A stretch of DNA of 64,000 nucleotides. It comes from Callorhinchus milii (lineage: Eukaryota). Location: the NCBI RefSeq assembly GCF_018977255.1, contig NW_024704742.1:33358001-33422000 (forward strand). Reading direction: 5' to 3'. The position numbers and the translations under genes are program-made. The notes beneath the pieces are model-generated. The model was not told the DNA's origin and ran no database searches. It was given only the letters and a program-made list of their open reading frames with translations. This document shows positions 25,399-37,950 of this stretch, one piece after another (position 1 is the stretch's first letter; every line of letters starts with the position of its first letter).

Positions 25399-27784
25399 AG
25401 ACATTTAAATCAAACCCAGAATTTTCACTTTAACCTCGATCTCTCTAACCCCAACATCCAATTGATAACTCAGTTGGAGTGAATGAATGTCCCCTACAAT
25501 CTTGACAGCTGAGCCTTTGCAGAATTCATCTAGCTCTGATACGCTCAGGTATCTACATCCCCTGAGATCTGTTTTACTTTTGACATTGAAAGAGTAAAAC
25601 TGACATGAGATTAGTCACAAGAAATGAGTCGAAGACATTCTTCCAAAGCTCCCGAGAGTTTGGTTATAAAGGATGGCAAAGAATGTGTGACCCCAAGATG
25701 ACACCTTCGTGTAAATTGGGTCATTGTGTGGAGCATGGCATTGATAAAATGTTTCAGAACCTATTTAATAGGACAGGAAAAGGCTGGATGATTCAAGATG
25801 TTTCTGTGGTTAGTGGGCTGAAATGTAATTTTAAACACAGTACTTTTTTTATTGAACAATGAATGATGAAATTAAATTTGCCTACAAAATACACAGTCAT
25901 TGCAGTTGACATTAAAAATCCTGTGAAGTGCTTCGAGACATTTTCACTCTGTGATAGACGCTATACCAAATGCAATTATTAATGTTGTAATACAGGGATG
26001 TTAAGACCCTGAGAGCTTTATTTGATCTATTAACTGTAACACTATTCCTTTCCAAACATTTGTAATAGACAATTTCATCCTGCAAAACAACCATATATGC
26101 AGTAAGTTTAAGTGTGAAATATGAAGATGTCTGCTCTCAGATACGCTGTAATATAGCACCACCATCTTATTTACAGAGAACATCAATGGTTTTAAATAAC
26201 AAAACAAAAACAAATGTGTTTCCCTCCTTATGCGATGTTTACAGGAAACTGGCCACCAATAACAAATTATTTTGTACAAAAAACATCAATAACTTGCATT
26301 TATGTAGTGCCCTTCACATGGGGTAGCATGGGGAGCGCAGAATAACGAATAGATTGATACAAGCAGAATGATTCTCAGCCTGCAGCGTGTTCCAGGACAT
26401 GTTCAAGACCTCAAAGCTTTGAGCTGAGTTTGTAAACCGCAAGAATGAAGCTCAAACAGTTTATCAATGCCAAACCGTTTGCTTTCTGGAGCCTTGTGGT
26501 ATTCTACACAATATATAGATTTAAGGGATCTTCATCTTCTTCGATTGGTTACTTTTACCTTCTCATCCTTTCATGCAGCAGAAGCTTTTTAGCACATCGC
26601 AATGGCGTAGGCTTCAATGACTGTCTCATGCAGTACAACAGATAAATAATCCTTGCAGTGATGCAGATTATATTTAACTGAATGATACAGGAGCATACAA
26701 AGCCATCACCTCCAATACCTATTCTGCCTAAATGTGTGACGTGTTTAATGATAATTGGCAGGATTGGAAATGACTGCTCAGACATGAGGCTCTTATGTTG
26801 TCGTCACATCCATTGATGTTTAATGTTGGTGGCACCTTCAGTACACTTTCCCCTTAGGTATAAGTGTGAGCAACAGCATGATGCAGGTTACCTCTAATTA
26901 GATTAAAATACCAATCATGAAATATCACTGCACATCTGACCAGATGAGTAGCTGTTGTAATAGCAGCAAGTTTGTACCCAGGATGACCTTGTGGGACAAG
27001 CACATGTAAAATACTTTTTGAATTTAAAGCTGCACAAATTGTTGGCCAAACCCACCGCACATGACAATGGAGTATAGTAAAGCGTAATCTTAAACACAGC
27101 CTTCATTTCAAAGCGGGTTTCCTGTAAATTCTTTTAAGAACTACAGAAAACCATCTTCAAGGTTAAGAATGAATTCAACGATTTGCCAAATTCAGGATGC
27201 TCTGAAATGCTACATAAATAAATCCAGGTGGAATTTCCCCCCCAGTAATTCACATAATCATTATTTCTACCAATCAACATATGAAAGATCCCAGTCTGTG
27301 AGGGAAAACAAAAGCAAATAAAATCAAATCATTGCTTTTCAGTGTTCTCACATGGGGAAAACACTGGCTGCTTAGGTTGGAAAATCAGCATCATTCACAC
27401 TGGAATATTCCTGCATAGATCCCATCTGAATGACTGTACTCTGATCATGGAGATAGAACATAACTAGAAACACTTTCCGTACATGCACACAAGCACAAAG
27501 ATATAAAGAACCCCTGCATTAAGAGCGAGAGGGAGGGAGAGAGAGAGAGAAAAAGGAACAAAGGAAGCCCGCCAGCCAGCCAAAAACTTTTTTGAAGGTA
27601 AACAAGGTCATTTTATTCTAACAAAGTCCCACAAACTGCCAAAAAAATGAAGATGAAACACATTATTCACCTAAATTAATAGAGATGGGTGATGTGGTGG
27701 TAACTAGTTTGATAAAATTAAATATGTACAATATTAACAATTATAAGAATCCATTGACTGTCCGCAAGTAGTTAAGTATAAATT

Positions 27785-28087
27785 ATAATAATAATAATCC
27801 CTACATTTGATACAGTGCTTTTCACGTCTTCTCGATGTGTCAATGTGCTTCACAGAATAGACTGCAAAGTGAATTGACAGTATATTTGTGGGCGAAACAC
27901 GGCAGCCAATTGCGCACAAACAGTCGTGGATTGAAAATGACCAATTTATTATTGTTTTGTTTTTTTGGAGGGATTATTATTAGGCGTGTGAGTAAGGAAA
28001 CTTGCCCAAGGTTTCGCCCTGACTGGAATTGAACCCAGGTGTCTCGCTTGCAAGGCGAGTGCTCTAACCACTGAGCTACAGCACTCC
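27785..28087 (-). mobile_element. tRNA(Ala-like)-derived SINE, family 2, with L2-like tail
   Basis: Head ggagtgctgtagctcagtggttagagcactcgccttgcaagcgag...gggttcaattcc (TGC anticodon loop), followed by body and (TTA)n tail. Confidence 0.88.
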
Positions 28088-29100
28088 ACAATTAAACAGT
28101 AACGTAGATAAAGTTGTTAGTTTTTCAACGCTTAGCATTATTAATTTCCAGTGTACAGGATCTTTACAAAATATTTCATATCATATAGGACTTTGAAACT
28201 GCTTAATGGCCTGAGACAGGAAGGGGATAAAGTAGCCTTGTCTATGGGATACAAAAGTACATTTCAAAATGATAGTAGTCATTTGAGAGAATGTTTGAGT
28301 GTATTTCTTGTTTCCTTCTAACAGAAAACAGTGGTTCACAGCCCAGAAAAACTTATTGAAATGGTAAATGTAAAACCAGAATGGGACTTTTACGGGCTTG
28401 TTTTATTTGCTGATTGTACACTATTTCTGTCATACGAGTAGTGCGTGAAACGAGTCCAAGAGACAATAAAGTACAATCTCTCTTTCATGCAGTGCCCTAG
28501 AGACGTGACAGATTCCTCCAAACAGTGTATTTGGCCAAAATTAACCAATGCTTTAAAGAACGCACTTATTCTTGGTCCAAGCAGCTCTTTAAAAGTTGGT
28601 AATGCCGCAGCCTGATGTGCAACTGAGCCAAGCTCACGAGTTTAATCTGCATCTGTACTGCTTTAGTGGTGTTTAGCCAGGGTAATAATAGGGAGCCACA
28701 ACTGGCCTCCATGTTCCCTGGCTTGAGAGGAAAGTCGGTCAGTGTTCTCACTCATGAATAGTAACCAGTGACAGCTACTGGAAAGTACACATGTTTGGAA
28801 AGGTTCAGGCTTGCGTGTGATGCTCCCCACTGCCTGGGCTCACGCATCAAGTAGAGTCCCTTGAGTGAAGTACCAGAAGACAACTGGTCCTTGTGGAATG
28901 TTGGCACTGATGTCTTTAGTCAGTGCATACAACATTGGAGGAGAGAAAGCTGGATGAGAAGCGGATATTTTTATCCAACAGTACTATTAAATATTATTTT
29001 GTGAGCAGTTTTTCCTTCAAAGATATGTTGAAACAGTGAAATTGTTACTATTAAAAAATAATAATTTGATGTAGCTTCCTGTGAGAAGCTATATCAAAGG

Positions 29101-29525
29101 CAATAATAATCCTTGCATTTGATATAGATTCTCACAGGATTTACTGTAGTCACTGTGTATTTTGTAGCAAAATGTGGCAGCTAATTTGCGCACAGCAGTG
29201 TCCCATGAATAGCCATTATTTTATCATGAGGATTGTTGGTCAGGGCACCAGCAGACATTCCCTTTTCTTTTTCAACTATGTCATGTTATCTATTGGCTGC
29301 CACGGATGCCTGCACAATGCATTCTCACTACACTTTACAGTAAATCCTGTGCAGCGCGTTGAGACATCCTCCTGATGTGAAAGGCTCTATATCAAATGCA
29401 AGAATTATTGTTATCTTTAATGTCTACCTGAAAGCCAGAGATCAGTTTAACATCTCATCCTAAAGATGTCATCTTCACCAGTGCAGTGCACCCCTACTAC
29501 TGTACTGGAGTACCAGCCTCAAGTC
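29101..29525 (-). mobile_element. Deu-domain SINE interrupted by an opposite-strand SINE 3' fragment
   Basis: Plus-strand tail at 29292-29408 is flanked by the direct repeat TGTTATCT (29284-29291 and 29409-29416). Confidence 0.7.
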
Positions 29526-30214
29526 CAAATTATGCTATTATCTCCAGGTTTCTGGACCAGTGTCCTGTAGGCCATTGGGACTTCAAAACAGTACCAACCC
29601 AACAGTTAATCTAACTGTGCTACAACTTGCCATCCTCAAAATATTTGGATAAAATTATCCATCAGCCATGATTCACATTGGATCAAACCTGACTGATACT
29701 GCAGGTTTTGCAGCAGAACACAGTTTGAAGTGTTTAAAAAGATTAAACACATCTAAGGCAGTTAACAGTTTACTCAAAGTGTTTTCCAAAATTTGAGTGA
29801 ACCAAATTTTCGATAAACTCAAAGAAATGTATTTTAGCTCCTGTGATGATACAATAGGTAAATGCACTGCACACATGGAGCTGTATAGACCAGAAAGGCC
29901 CACGTTTTGATCTCTGGTCTGTGTTGAGTTTGTTGATTGAGCCAGTGCGGCAGTAAAGAAGTATGAGGAATGAGGAAGGGGCGCTCAGCAAGCATTCAGA
30001 TATCTAACCAGTGACGTCTGCACGAATATGCGACTATGTGGACGTTTAGTAAAGCAGGATTGGGTTAAGCTATGATGCCTCGAAAATTACATAAACTACA
30101 GAGACTTCCACACGCTCACAAGTGAAGAATACCACACTTGGCCAGGGTGTCAGAGCGCTGCCATGGATCCATAGCTCAGCAGAAGTCATCTCTTTAATAA
30201 ACTAATAATTTAAG

Positions 30215-30502
30215 AAGAATCCTTGCATTTGATATAATGCCTCATCACCTCATTGAACATCTCAAAGCACTTTACACAATTTACTGTAGAATGAAGTGAC
30301 TGTGTCTTTGTAGGCAAATATAGATGCCAATATTATGCACAGCAATGTCCCTTCATCCAAAGGATGACACTTTCAATACTGCATCACTCCCCCAGCACGG
30401 TATTGGAGTGTAGGCCTAAAGTATGAACTCAAAGTATCAATACAGGTTTTAACCCACCACACCTTGACTCCAAGGTGAGAGTGCTACCAACTGAGCCAGG
30501 CT
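30215..30502 (-). mobile_element. Deu-domain SINE, internally deleted
   Basis: Head (agcctggctcagttggtagcactctc) and tail (atcaaatgcaaggatt) are both present. Confidence 0.75.
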
Positions 30503-30975
30503 TCCTTCTCAGGAAAAGTGGGAGAAGAGGAAAAAATAAGTTTGAAACATGAAGTGAAAAAGAGCAGATTCATCTCTTATATGATATATCTAAGTCATAG
30601 GCACACTAGATCTGAAAACAACATTAGCACTACATTGGCTATACTTCTGTAAAACTGCAGGAAAATAAAAATAAAAAGGAGTTTGTTAACTCTTTCCGTC
30701 TCCAGTTCAAACAAGCCTCTCTTCATTCAGCAGTTCATTGTTATGTTAAATTATTCAATTTGTAACATACAACTGGAATATTTAACACATGTTGAATATC
30801 ATTTCCAGCCCACAAAATGTAGTAAGTCAAACAGCCCTGATTCGAATGTGCAATGTTACTGATAAATTCTTGTGAATGTTAAATACCATTATTTAGCAGT
30901 TACTGGGCTTTATTTTGTTTCATCTAACGTTTGTCTTTTTGACCAAGAACACCATCATTACAGGGAGATGTTTTA

Positions 30976-31390
30976 CAATAATAATCTTTCCATTTGGTAT
31001 GGCTCCTTATCAGGTCTGAAGGACGCCTCAAAGCGCTTCACAGGATTTACTGTGAAATGGGGTGACTGCACTTGTAGGCAAACACAGCAGCACAGCAATG
31101 TCCTACAAACATGCATTAAATGAGTGACTAATTTTATTCGGAGGATTTGTTGGCCAGGACACAGGGAGAAACTTCCTTCTCTTTTCAAATAGTGCCATGG
31201 GATCTTTAACGTCCACCTGAACAGGCAGATGGACCTCGGTTGAACAGGCAGCCAGGACCTTATTTAATGTCTGATCCAAAGGAAGGCACCACCAAAAATG
31301 CAACACACCCCAGCACTACATTGGAGTTTCATCTTAGACTATGTGATTCCAAATCCCGACATGAGATAAAGCACTAACATCTATCAGCTT
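30976..31390 (-). mobile_element. Deu-domain SINE
   Basis: Reverse-complement similarity to 52173-52630. Confidence 0.82.
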
Positions 31391-33139
31391 CTTCCCATAC
31401 GTGTTATTTCAGAAGCAATGATTATACACTGAATACCTCAACTAACAGCGAGATTCAACATAGGCCCAATGTTTTAAATAGCAATTTTACTTTCTGTCTG
31501 TTTGTTGGACTTTTCAGGTTTTTTCTTAGGTGAAAATGACCCGAAAGTGAAACGCCAGCCATGATCACAACTTCTGCTCTGTGAATAGCACATTTTTAGC
31601 CCTAGAAGATACATTACAATTTGAAGTTTCCCTGATAAACCATCACAGATATGAAAGGTTCCTGTATTCACCCTGTAAAAACTCTCCATAAGGCTGTGAC
31701 ACAATCCCTCTCTCTAAATGTGTGGATATCACTTATAACTGCAACCCATGTTGAATATATGGAATACATGGCAAGAGTGAAGCAGCAGCTTTCTCTGCAG
31801 GGATGCTGAGCACAAGCAACTTCTCTTAAGATATCTGATCCACAACTGCTAGGGCTGTACAAGTGAAATAAGCTCTGGATCTTACTGTCATATCTGTACA
31901 ATTAAATTTTTCTGTGAAAACTCTTGGTTGAACTTTACAACTTCTACAGTACCTTTCTACAGTACCAGGAAGAATAACCTCAAACTTAGCATTTTTGTTA
32001 CAAGGGCAATGAAATCTAGTAATCATAATGCATTTGATATGCAAGGTTTTCTGGAACCCTGCATTGCTTACAATTGTTAAGAAATAGTTCAGCGCAAAAT
32101 AATTTACATTTCTGATACCACATGCATGAAATACTGATCCACTAATTGTGTAATCCTACCAATCCTTCCGGGAGTACAAATAACTCAATATTAACTTTGA
32201 TGAGAAGTTTAAACTGCTAACGGGGCTGTGTTATTTTGTGGTCGTTGTGAAAAAGGATACATATCCTAATGACAACTCTCTAAAACCGAGTGCTAAGAGT
32301 TCTCAAACTTTCGCAATACTGAGCTACAGAGAGCCTAGAGGTCAAGATGTAGACAACATAAAAACAGCTTCTCAAAAAGTGTACTTACAACATTTTAGAA
32401 AACGTTAATGTCAGAGTTAGTCAACTTAACATTAAGATAAAAGCATCCGGGGCATAGGAACATATTCTGAACCAATTGATGCATCCTTCACCCCTCAGTT
32501 GATTGTTGATTGACCCAATCAATGCTTCTATATTTAACAATTGTACCGAGTTCACAAGATCCAGCTGTCACAATGGCTTAAAGTCAATGGAATGGGACGC
32601 CTGCCCTCATCTTGGGTGTCTGTGCCTTGATTTAATAAATAACAACGATGTTCCTTCTAAATAAGAATGTAACACTGCATATTACTAGTGCAATTTTTTC
32701 AGTTTGTTTTCTAAAAAGTTCACAACATAAAGACTCCTCCACCCCGCTGTCATTCCGACTCAATAACCTCATTTCATGACACAAAGCTGGACGCCATCCA
32801 ACATTGCAACAATCACTCAATTAGTAAGTTCCCGTTGTTGCTCTCCCCGGTCAGGAACAGCTTCCCGACACCAGCAGTTACTCTTGTGGTGTGTAAACTT
32901 TTTGTCACGTTCTACGGACTCGACATTCACATTGGCCTGGAACTGCAGGAGATGTCCCAGCACAATCAGACTGGCTTTCCAGCTTCTTATCAGCACCGTG
33001 ACAGCAACAGTTCCCTGCTACGGCAAGTTATAGCATCCGTCTCCCAGAGTAATGTGTAAGTTGTTTTGTTCAAAGTCAAATTCTGCAGCAGGTTCATTCT
33101 TTACACATGCCACTTTAGATTTCATTCACAAATACTCAC

Positions 33140-33265
33140 CAGTGCCTCGGGTTCTTTGCTTATGTCAGTGTAATAGTCGGGGAATGTGTCTATGTTCTGA
33201 CTTTCTGTACTCTTCTGAATACCCTTGTCTGTACGACAAGAGTGGCAAAGTGCTGCGTTGCCCAT
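33140..33265 (-). CDS. ANK2: Candidate alternative first coding exon of ANK2: MGNAALCHSCRTDKGIQKSTESQNIDTFPDYYTDISKEPEAL
   Basis: Strong Kozak context gctATGg; in-frame TGA five codons upstream; 42 open codons; consensus donor CTG|gtgagt in phase 0, matching the exon at 18927; unique, relatively CpG-rich context. Confidence 0.62.
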
Positions 33266-33600
33266 AGCAGTGCCCTGTCAACAGCTGCCCTGGGGAAGGA
33301 GTACAGCCACTAGAGTTCCAACCAAGCACGGGCACAATCCTGATAGTCACTGTCGCTCTGCTGCCCCAAACCACTCCTCACGCTCACTGCTGGCTACCCA
33401 ACTATGAAAGAACTGGAAACCCTGCACAGTTGGCAGCAAACTCCAACCATTCCCAATTCAGGCACCGCCTGGCTATTTTTACACCCACCAGGCAAACTAT
33501 GTATGCAAATGACGACCTGGAGTGGAAAACTCAGAGCTCATGCTGACGTTTCTGTCTGGCAGCAAATGGCATATCTCGCGTGCTTATTAAAAGGACGAAA
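33266..33600 (-). promoter_or_regulatory. Putative promoter/5' UTR of the candidate first exon
   Basis: MEF2/TATA-like GTAAAAATAG (33482-33473), M-CAT CATTCC (33448-33453), E-boxes CAGCTG (33282) and CAGTTG (33427), octamer ATGCAAAT (33503-33510). Confidence 0.35.
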
Positions 33601-35252
33601 TAAAAATTTGCAATGAATTTTTCAGCTCTCTTTTGTTCCATTGTCAGCTTACAACATCCTCATTGATATACAGCGGACTCTTTACAGCACTGACCCGTCT
33701 GAACAGTGCTGTTGTTTCTAAGCACTGAGTTAACCCTCTGAGTACTTTGAGGAATTTTTGACCCATTTAAAACAAGTGTCAGCTTTTAGATTTATTAACA
33801 TAATACTATTTACACCGAAGCACTCTTCAGTCTGATTTTTTTTAGCGGTATTTAATGTCAGGATGCTACGGATGTCTGCCCCCTGTGCCACAGTGTAAAA
33901 CCACAAGATCCAAATCCTGGTCACAAGTTTGATACACGGTCTGGGTTGAGTTAACTGATCTCAGATGATGCAGTAGACAGGGATGTTGCACAATCTCTGC
34001 ACTAAAGTGAGAAACCACCAACCAGCAGCAGGGTTCCTGCTCCTGATCTGTAATCTGAGCCTCATGGATAAAAATGCTTGTTTTGAGCGCTCCGAGACGC
34101 TATCCTGCCATATCAATCCAAGTTATTGTTGTTTTTGTTGGAATTTGGAGGCCTGAAAGTCCTCATTGTTGTAGCCTGGCTGCAGTTGGTCTTAACATTT
34201 TTAAATTGTGCATAAAATTCTTAAATTCAGTCTTAATTTGGATCCTTTTTCTTCATAACCGTGGAAAAATGCAAGCTTCCAAATTGAACAGGATTGAAGC
34301 ATTTTTCACATTGCTGTGCAGTTTAGAATTTTAAGACAAAGTGGTCATACAGTCTCAGATTACGTTAAAATTTGGAGCCATGAAGTTATTACCATGAGAA
34401 CTGATGGGCCTGTGATGAGTTTATTTCAGTGTGAGGGTCGGGATGGTTGTTGGCTGTGATCCCAACAGTGCTCAAATAGTTGGGCGACACTCACAATCAA
34501 GCCTTACCCATGAAGAATGGTTGCTCAGGCCTCATGCCTTAGGATTACCAAACCCAGGGCTTCAAGAGAAGAGTGGAGCAAATTGGTGAGTGAACGCGCA
34601 ACAATTTCCCTTCTCCCCTCTTCCTGCTCTGTGAAGAATAAAGGAAAAAACTGTGAAATTGATCTCAGAAACATTTTCAAAATCTATCTCTGAGTTTCTG
34701 TGTGCAGTACTGAGAAACAAGGCCTCTCGGTAATATAATTATGGGATTGCTTTCCCAGCTTTGTGAAGCCTGATTAGTTCTGGGGTGCTACCCTGCATGA
34801 GGGGCGCTGTATGAATCCAAGTTGTTGTTGTTGATTTTGTGAGCAAACAATCATTTCTCTCTGTTTTACTTTTCCTCTCATTTGCCTCACTGGACACACA
34901 CAGCATCCTTGATGAAGTGATAAGGCATTATACTGAATGTAAGAATTATTATCATAATTTTATTATGAGTCACAAAGAACCCTCGGAACATGCATCCCAG
35001 CAGATATTTGTGCAATGGATCTCGTGTCTGCAGCAGCACGCACTTTCTTGGCCACCAGGATGGTGACTACGGCAACAGACTTGCCAAGTAAGCTCTTTCT
35101 CTGTTCCTGGGGCTAGGACTGCCGCAAAAGAATTCACAGCAAAAGTCTTTACTCGAGGGAAATAGCTGTGTGAAAATTGAGGCACTCAGGCTTTCTCCCT
35201 CATGTCTGCAACCTTTAAACAGCTGGCTGCAGCTGTTTGGAATACTATTATG

Positions 35253-35672
35253 TGCCAGTCTGGCTCAGTTGGTAGCATTCTCATCTCTGAGTCAGACGGT
35301 TGGAAGTTCAACCCCATGTCAGGACTGTGAACTCCTACAGTCTGTGCTGACACTCCAATCTAATGCAGGGGAGTACTGCACTGCCAGAGGTCCCGCCATT
35401 CTGATGAGACGTTAAGCCAAGGCTCCGTCTGCCTATTTATATGGATGTTAAATATCCTGTGGCACTATTCCAAAAGAGGAGGGGGTTTCTCCTGATATCC
35501 TGGCCAAATATTATTCATTCATTGTTTGTGGGACAATGCTGTGCACAAATTGTCTGCCGTGTTTGCCTATAAGGTACAGTTATTATACTTCATATAACCT
35601 ATAGAACCTATGCAACTCTTTAGAGACATTCTCCTGACATGAAAGGCATATAACAAAGACAAGGATTATTTT
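35253..35672 (+). mobile_element. Full-length Deu-domain SINE
   Basis: Head gccagtctggctcagttggtagc, Deu-like body, tail 'caaggattatt'. Confidence 0.85.
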
Positions 35673-37559
35673 AGTTTTTATTGTATTCATAACTAAATCT
35701 AGTGTCATTCAGTAGATATTAGACGATGAATAATAGATTAACATACTGCAAACTGCAAAGGAAATCTAGAACCCAGAGGACAAGTATATTAAATACATTC
35801 ATTATGTTCTATTCATCTTTAAAACCATCCATTGGCTCAAGTACTCAGAACCCTTTGTCATTGTTGATATCAATGGTTGGGAGGCTTTTTTGTAGCCGCC
35901 TAGTTCTACAATTTAAATAAAATTCTCAATGAACACATTAATCTGCTCTGATCTCTGAACCTATCATTAAGGTGCACATGCCTATTCTCTTTTCACTTTG
36001 TTCTGAAAATTGCTCCCTGTGTCCTTACAAAATGTAAACAAGATCTTGCATTCATATAGCACCCCTTCACCAATGTACCATCTCAGAGCACTTAACAGCG
36101 TTGGAGCTTAATACCCAGCTGGGGAGAGAAGGCAGGTGACTGTAGGCACGTTCAAAGAGGAAGCTTTCAGATGCAATCTGAAGCCGGGCAAGGAGGGAAC
36201 AAGGCGGGGGGACTGAGGTAGAGTTTCAAAGTTTTGCCTCGTAGCAGCTGAAAGCATTGCCATCCATGGTGTGGCAGAGCGGACACTTATAAAAAATAAA
36301 ATCCATTATATCAATTAAAAATTCAAATTAAAATGTCATGCAGGTTGTTTGCAAGCTCACAGCAAGAAATGTTTAAATTAGCTGAAAGTGACAGAAAAAA
36401 TAGTGCAGATCAAACGTGATGCATTTATCAAAGGAGTCAAATCACCTTGTATTATTATGCACTTATCTTGTAAATTTATCGACCCGTGACGATGAGCTTG
36501 CGATAGGTTTTTCCCATTATGAACACATGAAAAACTCTAACCACATCAAAATGCTTTTAATAAATTATAAAAATGGTGGTTTTAACATTATATTTGAATA
36601 AAAGTGTCAAAACAAGTTCATTTGATGGCAGGACTATCCGCATGTGGGGGGAGGGGTGTAAATGGCTGCTTTGCACAATCGTTGCCATGATATTGCAATG
36701 TAGCAACGTTTTATTTGAATGGCAGTGAGGCTATGATCTCATTTTATTGTGCAAATTCCCAGCAAGCAAATTGTATTTAATACTTTGTTTCAATGGCAAA
36801 TGTCACTCTTGAAAGCCATTAACTTCTGTTATCGGACATAAACTGATGCTTACCAACAGCAGAATGGCAGCCTGCTAGCCTCATCTTCCCCAGAACTGAA
36901 TATGCAGAGAGCAAGAGTAATATGACTGCTAGTTCACTAATTAAATACTTAAATGTAGTATTGCTCTGATGTGTGCTTAACACATTGAATAGGATTGGCT
37001 TTTTCCTATGTGCATCTAGACATATGAACAAACTAGTGACATTTCAATCAAATGGTGATATATCGATTTGACGAAGCAGACTGAGTGGGCACTTGTTTGT
37101 TTGATGAATGGGGATGAGCCAGTCATTTTAGGTTTTACTTATTGATTTCCAGAATCTGTTCAGCGTTAATAGCGCCTTGTTCATTTGCTTCTCCTACGCA
37201 CTCTCCTTGACTGTTATCCTGGTTGCCATGCGACTGTTGCTTTCTGTTGGCATTACTGAATGAAACAGCTGTTTCTGCACAGCCTATTTTCAAACATCAA
37301 GGATTTTCCGCCATTTGGCCACAGGTTGCAATTCAAGCATTCAGCATAAAATTCAGTCGTTATAATCATGGACTGATTCTCCGATCGCCAGTAAATTGAC
37401 TAACTTTACAATAGAAAATCCTTTACAATCTCACACTGTCGGAGAGAATCACCCTCTAGGTGCCAATGTATTTGCTTTATAATTTAGCCACCCTTTCAAT
37501 ACTTTCCCCTGTCTGTCTTTTTTGTATTAACGATATCCTGCACTATGGGCTCCTAACAC

Positions 37560-37950
37560 TTTAATCAATTTTCTCCATAAAAATATATCACTCCCCTGTC
37601 ATTTTCCTCATCTACTTTATTTGTTACTCTATCAAAAAAACATTGGGAACAGTGATCAAGCATGACCTTCCTTTTAGAAATGAATGCTGATTACTTTTCA
37701 TTATATCTCCATCTTGAGATTTAGTTATTTTATCCTTTGTTATGGACTTGAATACCTTATCCACCACAGACTTTAAGCTAGCTGACCTGTAGTTCCCAGA
37801 TTAGCTCCATCTCCTGTTTAAAAAAATGAGTATTACATTCACTACCCAAATTCTGTTCTCTGGCATGATTCCTTTCTCTACAAAGTTTTTCAATGTATAT
37901 ATATATGTACACTAGGGCCTCAGCTCTCCTCCCCATTTTATTTAAGGATC
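37560..37950 (-). mobile_element. Old CR1 LINE RT fragment
   Basis: Minus strand gives GNYRSASLKSVVDKV and QHSFLKGRSCL, degenerate versions of the CR1 NYRPVSLTS and QHGFxKGRSCL motifs. Confidence 0.7.

Noticed and set aside
26555..26785. 76-aa ORF ending at a donor-like AG|gtaaaa as an ANK2 first exon
   Set aside because: The donor is in phase 2 for this frame, and the phase-0 frame has a stop just upstream; at most a non-coding exon or conserved element.
28015..28087. tRNA-Ala gene
   Set aside because: No paired acceptor stem, and it continues into a SINE body and tail; it is a SINE head.
32990..33008. REST/RE1 site TCAGCACCGTGACAGC
   Set aside because: One nucleotide shorter than canonical TCAGCACCnnGGACAG; insufficient without binding data.
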